Part shown: positions 51,611 through 61,066 of the stretch, one piece after another
How the letters are laid out: each line of letters starts with the position of its first letter
Position numbering within the stretch: the stretch's first letter is position 1
Assembly (NCBI GenBank): GCA_965217895.1
Contig: CBDCJV010000002.1
Span: 640,001-704,000 of the forward strand
DNA: 64,000 nucleotides
DNA from: Waterburya sp.
GTDB taxonomy: Bacteria; Cyanobacteriota; Cyanobacteriia; Cyanobacteriales; Xenococcaceae
Direction of reading: 5' to 3'
Position numbers and translations under genes: made by a program
The notes under the pieces: generated by a model
The model's database searches: none
Told to the model about the DNA's origin: nothing
What the model saw: the letters and a program-made list of their open reading frames with translations, nothing else

Positions 51611-53650
51611 ATGGAATCTATCTCTGAAACAATACGTGAGCCGATTTTTACCTTTGCCTTGCTCTTGGCAATTATTTTGCTAGTGCCACCATTTTTTGAA
51701 AAATTAAAGCTGCCAGGATTAGTAGGCTTATTAGTAGCAGGAGTATTATTTGGCTCTAGCGGTTTGGGTTTGCTTAACAGCAAATCGGAAACTATGATTT
51801 TGCTAGCAGATATCGGTAAGATTTATCTGATGTTTGTGGCGGGATTAGAAATTGACATGGAGCAGTTTCGCCGTACCAGAAATCGCTCCATGGGTTTTGG
51901 TTTTGCTACTTTTGCTACTCCCTTGATTGGCGGTATTTTAGTGGGGCGAGTATTTGGTTTTGGCTGGAATACTGCTGTCCTCATTGGTTCGCTGTTGGCT
52001 TCCCATACTTTGCTGGCATATCCAATTGTCAAACGCCTAGGAGTAGTTAATGACGAAGCTGTTACCGTCACCATTGGCGCGACAATCTTTACTGATATTG
52101 GTTCTTTGCTGGTGTTAGCGATTTGTTTAGGGATAAATAAAGGAGATTTTACCGCCATTGATTTAGGCATATTATTAGGTTCTTTAATTATTTATACCCT
52201 GGTAGTCTTGTTAGGCTTGGATCGTTTGGGGAAAGCTTTTTTCCGCCGTTCGAGGAACGAACAAAGTAGTCAGTTTTTGTTTGTACTCCTAGCTTTGTTT
52301 GTAGCTTCAGTGGGAGCGGAGGCAATTGGGATTGAAAAGATTGTTGGAGCTTTTTTGACTGGATTAGCGGTCAATGACGTAATCGGCGATGGTCCCGTTA
52401 AAGAAAAGGTGGAATTTATCGGTTCAGTATTGTTTATTCCCATTTTCTTTGTGGATATGGGTTTGTTGATCGACCTCGAAGCCTTTCAAGATATTTTTCG
52501 CTCTATTGGTATTCCACTCTCCATTGTCGGAGTGTTAATTTTAAGTAAGTTTATAGCAGCTTGCTTGGCTAAACTGGCATATCGCTATAGTTGGCAACAA
52601 ACTATAACCATGTGGTCGCTGTCTTTACCCCAGGTAGCTGCAACTCTAGCTGCTGCTTTAATTGGTTTTCAAGCACAGATTATTAACGAGCGGGTATTTA
52701 ATAGCGTCATTTTATTGATGTTAGTAACCTCGATCGCAGGACCTTTAATTACTTCCCGTGCTGCTGCTCAATTAGGTGAGAAAGACTCATCTGAAGCTGA
52801 ACCAAGAGATGAATCTATTGCTGATGCTCCCCTGGCAAAAGGGTTGCGAGTTGTTGTTCCTGTATATAACCCCCAAACTGAGCGTTATCTATTAGAGTTG
52901 GCTTCTTTGCTAACCCGAAAAAATGAAGGAGAAATTATACCTTTGGCGATCGCTAAAGCTGAATCCCGCTTAGATTCTCCTCAACTAAATGTAGATGTAG
53001 AACGTTGTCAAAGATTGCTTGCTCAAGCCCAAGAAATTTGCGAAGAATTAGGTATTGTTGCTCAACCAGAATTAAGAATTGAATATGATATTGCTCATGG
53101 TATTAGTCATGCCAGTCGTGAAGTTAATGCTGATTTAATTGTCTTAGGATTTGATAATTTTAAGAGTTTTCGCTCTCGTTTCTTTAGCTCTGTTACCGAT
53201 AGCGTACTTTGGTCTGCTCATTGCTCGGTAGTTATGGCTAGTCTGCGCGATTCTCCTCTAACAATTAGACGTGCTTTAGTACCCGTAGAAAGCTTTTATC
53301 CTGATGGTTTGCGTCCGATTCGTTTTGCTCAAAATTTAGTTACCGAAGGTACAGAAATCACCTTGCTTCATGTCTGTCCTTCAGGTACGTCTAAAGAGCG
53401 CAAAACTCATCTACATAATAAATTAGAAAATTTAGGCAAACACTTATTACCAGAGGCAACAGTAGATATTCAGGTTACTGCTCAAAACAATTTTGTCAGA
53501 GAAATTTTAAATGCCAGTCGTACCCATGAACTAGTAATATTGCGATCGCAACGCCAGCGTGTTGGGGTAAATAGTTTAGCTCTTGGTGCCACCACTAAGC
53601 CTTTAATTCAAAATTTAAAATGTTCTACAATTTTGCTCGGAGAACTTTGA
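51611..53650 (+). CDS. Cation:proton antiporter (CPA2) with C-terminal USP-like domains
   Basis: LMFVAGLEID, SHTL, TIFTD, PIFFV.MG; C-terminal ADLIVLG..VLWSAHC. Confidence 0.9.
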   Translation: MESISETIREPIFTFALLLAIILLVPPFFEKLKLPGLVGLLVAGVLFGSSGLGLLNSKSETMILLADIGKIYLMFVAGLEIDMEQFRRTRNRSMGFGFATFATPLIGGILVGRVFGFGWNTAVLIGSLLASHTLLAYPIVKRLGVVNDEAVTVTIGATIFTDIGSLLVLAICLGINKGDFTAIDLGILLGSLIIYTLVVLLGLDRLGKAFFRRSRNEQSSQFLFVLLALFVASVGAEAIGIEKIVGAFLTGLAVNDVIGDGPVKEKVEFIGSVLFIPIFFVDMGLLIDLEAFQDIFRSIGIPLSIVGVLILSKFIAACLAKLAYRYSWQQTITMWSLSLPQVAATLAAALIGFQAQIINERVFNSVILLMLVTSIAGPLITSRAAAQLGEKDSSEAEPRDESIADAPLAKGLRVVVPVYNPQTERYLLELASLLTRKNEGEIIPLAIAKAESRLDSPQLNVDVERCQRLLAQAQEICEELGIVAQPELRIEYDIAHGISHASREVNADLIVLGFDNFKSFRSRFFSSVTDSVLWSAHCSVVMASLRDSPLTIRRALVPVESFYPDGLRPIRFAQNLVTEGTEITLLHVCPSGTSKERKTHLHNKLENLGKHLLPEATVDIQVTAQNNFVREILNASRTHELVILRSQRQRVGVNSLALGATTKPLIQNLKCSTILLGEL

Positions 53651-53693
53651 TCAATTATTATTGATAATTGATCATCGATCATTAATTTATAAC

Positions 53694-54341
53694 GTGGACT
53701 CTTCAATCGCCGATTTACGACAAAACTATACCCTAGCAGGATTATCTGAAGCCGATTTAGATGCCGATCCCCTTAAGCAGTTTGAAGTTTGGTTTCAACA
53801 AGCTTTGGATGCCGATCTAATTGAACCAAACGCTATGACTTTAGCTACTGCTACTCCTGACGGGAAACCTACCGCTAGAATTGTCTTACTCAAAGGCGTT
53901 AACCAAGGCGGTTTTGTCTTTTATACCAACTACGAAAGCCAAAAGGGTCAACAGTTAATTGCCAATCCTTATGCTGCGCTGGTTTTTCTCTGGGACAAAT
54001 TAGAAAGACAGGTTCGTATCGAGGGAGAAGTAGAAAAACTAGCTACTGAAGAATCCGAGGCATATTTCCATAGTCGCCCTAAAGCCTCACAGTTGGGTGC
54101 ATGGGCATCTGCTCAAAGTCGGGTAATTCCCAATCGCCAAATATTAGAACAACAATCAGCAGATCTAGAGGCTAAATACAAAGGAGATGCTACTGTTCCT
54201 CTTCCCGAACACTGGGGCGGATTTCGCGTCATACCTAACCGTATTGAATTTTGGCAAGGTCGTCCCAATCGTCTTCACGATCGCCTAGTATACGATCTAC
54301 AGGCTGATGGTAGTTGGCAGATTGCCAGGTTATCTCCTTGA
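53694..54341 (+). CDS. pdxH: Pyridoxamine 5'-phosphate oxidase
   Basis: ARIVLLKG, FYTNYES.KG, YFHSRP, EFWQGR.NRLHDR; GTG start. Confidence 0.95.
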   Translation: MDSSIADLRQNYTLAGLSEADLDADPLKQFEVWFQQALDADLIEPNAMTLATATPDGKPTARIVLLKGVNQGGFVFYTNYESQKGQQLIANPYAALVFLWDKLERQVRIEGEVEKLATEESEAYFHSRPKASQLGAWASAQSRVIPNRQILEQQSADLEAKYKGDATVPLPEHWGGFRVIPNRIEFWQGRPNRLHDRLVYDLQADGSWQIARLSP

Positions 54342-54351
54342 ATGGGTAAAT

Positions 54352-54382
54352 CGTAGGGGGCGGTTCGCGAACCGCCCGTACG
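54352..54382. repeat. REP-like palindrome
   Basis: CGTAGGGGGCGGTTCGCGAACCGCCCGTACG. Confidence 0.7.
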
Positions 54383-54412
54383 TAAGTAATAGGTAGCAAG
54401 TAAAAATGTAGA

Positions 54413-55189
54413 GTGGATAATTTAATTTCTTTAGATGCAGTCGATTTAGTCTTATGTTTAGGCATGATCGGCATGGCGATCGCTTTATCTCTTTGGCAAA
54501 GGCTAGAATTAGAAAAGCAGTTAGCATATAGTGCGGTTCGCTCTTTGATGCAGTTAATTGCCATTGGCTATATTTTAAATATAGTTTTTGCGATCAATAA
54601 TTGGCTGGTGGTATTAGGTATTTTGGTCATGATGATTACTATTGCCTCTATCGTTACCCGCAACCGCATCGATAAAAAGCTTCAGGGGCTTTTCCCTGTG
54701 GTATTTTTAGCTATTATTTCTAGTAGTGCCTTTACTTTAGGTTATGTAATTCTTTTGATCCTGCAACCCGATAAATGGTATGAACCCCGCTACCTGATAC
54801 CTTTGGCGGGAATGCTGTTTGGTAATGTTATGAATGGTGCTTCTCTTGCTGGCGATCGCTTTTTAAATGCCGTCAATCAAAATCGTTTAGAAATTGAAAC
54901 TCACCTGTGTTTGGGTGCTACTGCCAAACAAGCTATATCAGGCTATCAAAAAGAAGCGATTCGCACTGGCTTAATTCCTACTCTGAATAATATGGTGGTG
55001 ATGGGTTTAGTTAGCTTGCCTGGAATGTTTACAGGACAGGTTTTAGGAGGTAGTGACCCTTTAGATGCAGCTTCTTATCAAATCATGATCTTGTTTGCCA
55101 TTGTCTTAGCTAATTTGATTTCGACAATTTTAGTCACCGAAGGAATATATAAACGTTTATTTAATCAGGATAGTCAGCTTATTGGCTAG
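54413..55189 (+). CDS. fetB: ABC transporter permease FetB/YbbM (UPF0014)
   Basis: YLIPLAGML.GN, GLVSLPGMFTGQVLGG.DPL.AASYQI. Confidence 0.85.
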   Translation: MDNLISLDAVDLVLCLGMIGMAIALSLWQRLELEKQLAYSAVRSLMQLIAIGYILNIVFAINNWLVVLGILVMMITIASIVTRNRIDKKLQGLFPVVFLAIISSSAFTLGYVILLILQPDKWYEPRYLIPLAGMLFGNVMNGASLAGDRFLNAVNQNRLEIETHLCLGATAKQAISGYQKEAIRTGLIPTLNNMVVMGLVSLPGMFTGQVLGGSDPLDAASYQIMILFAIVLANLISTILVTEGIYKRLFNQDSQLIG

Positions 55190-55229
55190 ATAATTTAGTT
55201 GTTAGTTATTAGTTGTTAGTTGTTAGCTT

Positions 55230-55874
55230 ATGTCCGTCCTCAATAGCCATAAATATGCGATCGCTCTCCACACCAGTACACCCCAGCTAGGAATAGCTCT
55301 CAATAATTATCAGGGAAACAGTCGCCATCAGGTGTGGGACTTGGGGCGAAATTTAGCATCTCATCTGCATCAATACCTGCAAGAAATGCTCCTACCGCAA
55401 ACCTGGCAGGATATAGAGTTTATTGCCGTTGCCAAAGGACCTGGAGGCTTTACAGGAACTCGTGTAGGGGTTGTAACAGCCCGCACCATAGCTCAACAGT
55501 TAGATATTCCCTTATTTGGTATTTCTAATCTAGCAGCAGTGGCAGCAGCCCAAAATCATCTTGGCAATGAATTATTAGCGGTACAAATGGCTGCCAGGAG
55601 AGAAGAACTGTTTGTCGCTATTTACCAGCTAAATGAAAAAGGGCAGCTTCAAGCATATATGGAGGATACGCTAATGAGTCAGGCAGCTTGGCAAGAAATT
55701 TTAGATAATTTAGATAATTTGAAATCCTCTTATAAACTAATCATTGCCGAGGATAATATTGCTGCTACGGTAACTAATGTCTTGGATTTGGCTTATGCCG
55801 ACTGGCAACAGGGAAAGTTCGCTCATTGGTCAGAAGTGATCCCTTTTTATGGTCAACATCCAGTCAGTCATTAG
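55230..55874 (+). CDS. tsaB: tRNA threonylcarbamoyladenosine biosynthesis protein TsaB
   Basis: AVAKGPGGFTGTRVG, ARR motif. Confidence 0.93.
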   Translation: MSVLNSHKYAIALHTSTPQLGIALNNYQGNSRHQVWDLGRNLASHLHQYLQEMLLPQTWQDIEFIAVAKGPGGFTGTRVGVVTARTIAQQLDIPLFGISNLAAVAAAQNHLGNELLAVQMAARREELFVAIYQLNEKGQLQAYMEDTLMSQAAWQEILDNLDNLKSSYKLIIAEDNIAATVTNVLDLAYADWQQGKFAHWSEVIPFYGQHPVSH

Positions 55875-55970
55875 TCTTAAATCTCGAATCCCTGACTCTT
55901 TTATCACCAGATAATGATTAGAATAACTATAAGTTTTCTAAATACCTGTATATAGCTAACAATATATTTA

Positions 55971-57254
55971 ATGACTTCTACCATTACTAAACAGCCTAAG
56001 CTCAATGCTCCAACTATACGTCAATTAGATAATGGCTTAACTATTATCGCTGAACAAATGCCTGTGGATGCGGTGAACCTCAATGTGTGGATTAACGTCG
56101 GTTCAGCCAAAGAAAGTGACGATATTAACGGCATGGCGCATTTTTTGGAACATATGGTGTTTAAAGGTACGCCTAATCTAAAAATGGGTGAATTTGAGCA
56201 TTTAATCGAAGAACGGGGTGCAGTAACCAATGCAGCTACTAGTCAAGATTATACTCATTACTATATAACCACTGCTCCCAAAGATTTTGCTGAACTAGCT
56301 CCTTTACAGCTAGACGTGGTTTTAAATCCTAGTATTGAAAATGAAGCATTTGAACGAGAAAAATTAGTTGTACTCGAAGAAATTCGTCGCTCGGAAGACA
56401 GTCCCCGTCGCCGTACCTTTTATCGCTCGATGGAAGCCTGTTTTGAAACTCTTCCTTATCGTCGTCCTGTACTAGGTCCTGGCACAGTAATTGAAAACTT
56501 GCGATCGCAACAAATGCGCGATTTTCATGGTGCTTGGTATCAACCCCGGTCAATGACCGCAGCGGTTGTAGGTAATCTGCCAGTAGAAGAGTTAATTGAG
56601 ATTGTTACCCAAGGATTTGCCCAGCATTATAATTCCCGCGAGGAATATACTAAAAATACTACTCCCTCGGTAACTCCAGAACAGCCTTTTACTTCCATAG
56701 CTCGTTATGAATATATTGATGAGAGTTTGCAGCAGGCACGATTAGTCATGGGTTGGCGTGTTCCTGGTATGGAAGATTTAGCCGAAACCTATGCTCTAGA
56801 TATTCTGGCAGTAATTTTAGGACAGGGTAAGGTGTCCCGTTTATTTAGAGAGTTGCGCGAAGAAAAAGGTTTGGTTAGTCAGATAGGCGTTAGCAATATG
56901 ACCCAAACCCACCAAGGAGTATTTTATATTTCTGCTGCTTTGCCCACTGAAAATATTCCTGAAGTAGAACAGGCGATCGCCCAACAAATCAAGGACATTC
57001 AGACTGAACCGATTGCAGCTAAAGATATTGAGCGTATTCGTACTCAAGTGGCAAATCGATTTGTCTTTGCTAATGAACGACCAAGCGATCGCGCTAACCT
57101 CTATGGCTATTATTATTCACAGCTAAAAGATTTAGCACCCGCCCTCAATTATCCACAACATATTCAAGCTATATCTGCCCAAGATTTACAGGCAGCAGCC
57201 CAGAAATATCTCAATCCAAAAGCCTATGGCATTGTAACCATGAAACCTGAGTAA
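55971..57254 (+). CDS. M16 (pitrilysin) family zinc peptidase
   Basis: GMAHFLEHMVFKG (HxxEH), NAATS.DYT.Y. Confidence 0.93.
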   Translation: MTSTITKQPKLNAPTIRQLDNGLTIIAEQMPVDAVNLNVWINVGSAKESDDINGMAHFLEHMVFKGTPNLKMGEFEHLIEERGAVTNAATSQDYTHYYITTAPKDFAELAPLQLDVVLNPSIENEAFEREKLVVLEEIRRSEDSPRRRTFYRSMEACFETLPYRRPVLGPGTVIENLRSQQMRDFHGAWYQPRSMTAAVVGNLPVEELIEIVTQGFAQHYNSREEYTKNTTPSVTPEQPFTSIARYEYIDESLQQARLVMGWRVPGMEDLAETYALDILAVILGQGKVSRLFRELREEKGLVSQIGVSNMTQTHQGVFYISAALPTENIPEVEQAIAQQIKDIQTEPIAAKDIERIRTQVANRFVFANERPSDRANLYGYYYSQLKDLAPALNYPQHIQAISAQDLQAAAQKYLNPKAYGIVTMKPE

Positions 57255-57347
57255 ACGAGCCAAGTTCGTAGCTTTAAACTTTTATAGCGTGAGTGCGGAT
57301 TAAGAGGATATTTAAAAAGTTATTTTGGCTAAATTTTTACTTGTTTT

Positions 57348-57387
57348 CGCCCCCCCAACCCCCCAAGTTTGGGGGATTTAGGGGGCT
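57348..57387. repeat. C-run/G-run palindromic repeat, likely a bidirectional terminator
   Basis: GCCCCCCCAACCCCCCAAGTTTGGGGGATTTAGGGGGC between convergent genes. Confidence 0.5.
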
Positions 57388-57456
57388 TTAGTGTAATAAA
57401 TTAGACTTCTCAGACGACCTCTAAGATAATTAGAAGCTTAAGGCAGCTTTTATGCC

Positions 57457-59061
57457 TCATCCCTCATCCTTCTCTTTAGCTTTTGTCCACCAAGCCAAAC
57501 CATAGGATTGAACTGGCTCGTTGAATTGATGGCGATAACGAACCCGAATTTTATAACGTCCTGTAGCAGGAATAGGGCAAAATATGTGTTCAACACTGTC
57601 TTCAAAACTAGAGGAAGAACAGGTGTTTCTCATGTCGCTCTCTTGATCTACAGGTAAGAGATAAACATCTAAATTATTTAAACCGCGATCGCTAAAGGTC
57701 TCTCCTTCATCATACTGCTCATTGCGATTAAGATCATTTAAGATTACTAAACGATCCCAAGCTAAAGTAATAGCTGCATAACTTCCTTTAACTAAGGGTT
57801 TTTGCAAATAGTATTCTTGATAATTATTGGCTGCTATTTTTCTATAATCCCAACCAAGAGCATTTACAGGTTTGTTTTTGTTTGCCTGTCCTGCACTAAA
57901 CTGTTGGTATGCTCGCCAAACATTTAATTGCCCTGTACCCATCTGTATATCTAAAGGCACACGGGGATTTTGATAGGCATCAGAGTCAAACCAGGTATGG
58001 TTTTTTTTACCCAAAATAGTATGCTCCATACCTAATAATAAGCCATCGCCGCGATCGGCAATTTTATCGGCGGAATTTAACAGCACAGCCTTCATTACTT
58101 CATGGCGGCGGGAATCTAAACTCCAGTTAGATGAAGTTGGTGCCTGTTTTAAACGCTCATCCCCATCTTCCTGTAACAAAGCCACCGCACCTGTAATATG
58201 GGGGGCAGCAAAGCTTGTACCACTAACTTTTTCTATTTCTCTTTTTTGATTAAAAACAGCAATTTGTCCGCCTGGGGCAAGTAAACTAACGGCACGGCGA
58301 TCGCCATAATCAATCTCTTTCTTAATAAAGCTACGTCCAATTCCTTTGGGTAAATCGCTTAAATTAGCAAAATCTACCTTATTGAATTTACCCTTCCTTT
58401 TTGTAGTGTAGGCAGCAGTAATGCCGTTAAAATTATCTGTGGGGATCGGAATTCCTCCCTCCCCCTGGTTTCCTGCTATTACATACAAAACCTCATGCTT
58501 GCGGGCAGACCAATCAATACAGGAAGTTAACAATGCTTTGCCGTCTAGTTTTGCTTCATCTCGTTCATCTCGCTCTAGAGATTCTCCAAAACTAAAATTA
58601 ATAGCTCGAATATCACCGCCATTCTGTTGAGCAATATGTTGACTCGCCAGACATTCTTGAGGCTGTCCTCCCTCATTTAAAGAGCCAACCGCTGAGGCAT
58701 ACAGCTTGGCTTTGGGAGCAATACCCTGTAGCTGTTTATCTTCGGCAATCATTACCTCTGCAACCATACTGGCGTGATCGTCTATGTTTTTATCTGTCGT
58801 CGCAGCTCGATCGCGATAAAAAACTGCCCTTGGAGAAATTGTTTTTAAGGTATTAGCTGCTTTATCCCTACCCAGTTTAACAGGGCGACCTACCTCTACT
58901 TGACCAATACCAATTTTTCGACCCAACAAATTATAGGGAGAGGAGTGTAAACGCAGAGCATTAACTCCTTTTTCGCTGATAGAATCATTTAAAGCCAAAA
59001 CAGGAGTAATAAACCCAGCAATTATCCATCCAGAAACTATAAATATTTCTTTTCTACCCAT
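57457..59061 (-). CDS. Exported S8 (subtilase) serine peptidase
   Basis: Signal peptide; IGQVEVG, DHASMVA, AGNQG, SGTSFAAPHITG. Confidence 0.88.
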   Translation of the reverse strand: MGRKEIFIVSGWIIAGFITPVLALNDSISEKGVNALRLHSSPYNLLGRKIGIGQVEVGRPVKLGRDKAANTLKTISPRAVFYRDRAATTDKNIDDHASMVAEVMIAEDKQLQGIAPKAKLYASAVGSLNEGGQPQECLASQHIAQQNGGDIRAINFSFGESLERDERDEAKLDGKALLTSCIDWSARKHEVLYVIAGNQGEGGIPIPTDNFNGITAAYTTKRKGKFNKVDFANLSDLPKGIGRSFIKKEIDYGDRRAVSLLAPGGQIAVFNQKREIEKVSGTSFAAPHITGAVALLQEDGDERLKQAPTSSNWSLDSRRHEVMKAVLLNSADKIADRGDGLLLGMEHTILGKKNHTWFDSDAYQNPRVPLDIQMGTGQLNVWRAYQQFSAGQANKNKPVNALGWDYRKIAANNYQEYYLQKPLVKGSYAAITLAWDRLVILNDLNRNEQYDEGETFSDRGLNNLDVYLLPVDQESDMRNTCSSSSFEDSVEHIFCPIPATGRYKIRVRYRHQFNEPVQSYGLAWWTKAKEKDEG

Positions 59062-59272
59062 AATTGTTTATTTGCTTATTGTCGGCTATCCTCACTTTAT
59101 AGAGTAATTACCGTACTAATTGAGACAAACCCTTGCGAAATAGTATATTGTAAGTTACAAGTATGTCAGGTTGATCTGAGAACTTCAGGCTTAAAGTTTC
59201 AAAACATAAGCCAGACAGAAACCAGACCCTAAACTATTTAATCAACATATCATAGCAGGCAAAATTAAGCGT

Positions 59273-59491
59273 ATGACAAAGCAAGTTGCGCATCCAATGA
59301 TGAAATTGCAGCGCAAGGTTTCTTCCTTAGTAGACTCTAATATCGTTAAACCAGACGATCGTATTGGCAAAATTGCCCTATTATTGGGCGATGATTGGTC
59401 ATATTGGAAAAATGAACTATTGGACTTCGATTTTTCGACTCAAGATCCGATCTGTGAACTACTCTCTGTAGAAGATTGGGATGAAAACTAG
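59273..59491 (+). CDS. DUF4327 family small protein
   Basis: HPMMKLQRKV.SLVDS...WKNELLDFDF...DPI.ELL. Confidence 0.8.
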   Translation: MTKQVAHPMMKLQRKVSSLVDSNIVKPDDRIGKIALLLGDDWSYWKNELLDFDFSTQDPICELLSVEDWDEN

Positions 59492-59506
59492 TACTGTTCT
59501 GGGGAA

Positions 59507-59675
59507 GTCAGAGGTCAGAGGTCAATTCAAGCATTACATGGGGAAATGCGCCTTTGTTTGCGCCTGATGGCGACGCGGTGAAGCACTCCGTTGGGCGGGT
59601 TTCCCGACTTGAAACAAAGGACTTGTCCGCATGTACTGCTGAACCCTTTAGAAGGTCTCGAAACAGGTCAGAAGT
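59507..59675. repeat. Composite SDR-like insertion inside GTCAGAG heptamer repeats
   Basis: GTCAGAGGTCAGAGGTCA ... GC-rich block including GGGCGGGTTTCCCGAC ... AGGTCAGAAG. Confidence 0.5.
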
Positions 59676-59715
59676 TTGAATGCTCAATGTTTAATGAGAA
59701 ATGTTCAATGTAACC

Positions 59716-60957
59716 TTATAGGCAAGCAGAAAGAGCATCCTTTAATTCTCTAGCTGTCTGATAACGGTCTTTTGGTTCGGGTTGGCAAGCAATTGATAAA
59801 ACTTCTCCTAAGTTAGTAGGCAGTCCAGGAATGCTATCAATATCAAACTCAAATTTGCTACTTTGATAGCGATAATATTGCATTGGTGTTTGGCTAGTTA
59901 AAAGAAAAATAATCGTCGTGCCTATTCCATAGATATCTGATTGAGGACAAGGTTTGCCTCGATATTGTTCTGGCGCACTGTATCCTTCCACACCAATGCG
60001 AGTTTCTAAAGCCGTACCTAGTTCCTTTACTGCCCCGAAATCTAACAGCATTAGGCGACTATCTAAATTACGCAGCATTAAGTTGGCTGGTTTGATATCC
60101 CGATGTACTAAAGGTGGTTCTAAGTTGTGCAGGTATTTCACAATATCGCACACTTGAATCATCCAGTTAATTGTTCTTGAGACATCGGTTGCGCCTCGTA
60201 GGTTAACTAACTGCTCTAAATTATGACCATGAATTAATTCCATGACAATGTACTTGTGGTTGTTTTCCACAAAAAAATCAAAATATTTAGGAATACCCTT
60301 ATGCTCTAAAGACTTTAAGATACGTGCTTCTCTTTCAAATAATTCTCTCGCTTTAGCAATGCGCGCCATATCTGCGTTCATTTCCTTAAGAACTAACAGC
60401 ATAGGTGCATTCTTGACAGTGCGGTGGCGATCCCAAGCCAGATAGGTAGTTCCCATTCCTCCTCTACCAAGAGTCCGTAAGACTTGATAAGAGCCAATAT
60501 AATGCTCATCGCTGACTATTGGTTCGCCACAATGGCGACAAAAAATACTGCCTTCTGGATTATCTTGATGATCGCAAATAACAGCAGGCTTAAGAATCTG
60601 AGTTGTTTCTACCTCTTCTTGGTTTTCAGCTAAGTAAGATTCTAGTTCAAACTTAAATACGGGTCCATTTTCTGCCAGTCGAATCAAATCATTGTGATTT
60701 AAGATAGTTTCGGTCACAAAATCATTATTGACTAAAGTACCGTTAGTTCCTCTGCTAATTAACTGCCACTTTTCTTGTTGAGGATCTATGAGAGTTAATT
60801 CTAGATGCTGTCGAGAGACTTGAAAATAGCCATGCAGCACAATGTCATTATTTTGAGCGCGACCAATACGAATCACTGATTGCTCTAAAAACTCCCACTG
60901 TTGAAGAGGTTGGTTTGTCTGTGGTTCTAAAAGCGTAAAAATGACCATATTGGGCAA
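59716..60957 (-). CDS. FHA domain plus zinc ribbon plus Ser/Thr protein kinase
   Basis: IGR..N...VSRQH..GTNGT (FHA); LGRGGMG, VHRDIKPANL, DFG, YSAPEQ. Confidence 0.93.
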   Translation of the reverse strand: MPNMVIFTLLEPQTNQPLQQWEFLEQSVIRIGRAQNNDIVLHGYFQVSRQHLELTLIDPQQEKWQLISRGTNGTLVNNDFVTETILNHNDLIRLAENGPVFKFELESYLAENQEEVETTQILKPAVICDHQDNPEGSIFCRHCGEPIVSDEHYIGSYQVLRTLGRGGMGTTYLAWDRHRTVKNAPMLLVLKEMNADMARIAKARELFEREARILKSLEHKGIPKYFDFFVENNHKYIVMELIHGHNLEQLVNLRGATDVSRTINWMIQVCDIVKYLHNLEPPLVHRDIKPANLMLRNLDSRLMLLDFGAVKELGTALETRIGVEGYSAPEQYRGKPCPQSDIYGIGTTIIFLLTSQTPMQYYRYQSSKFEFDIDSIPGLPTNLGEVLSIACQPEPKDRYQTARELKDALSACL

Positions 60958-61066
60958 TTATCAATTAGGGCGTGTGATCAACATGGCGATTGCACAAGCT
61001 GTTTGCACAGCGTCAGATGAGGCTAAAGCCTTTGTCGCCATCAATTAGAAAAAAGAACTACGATCT

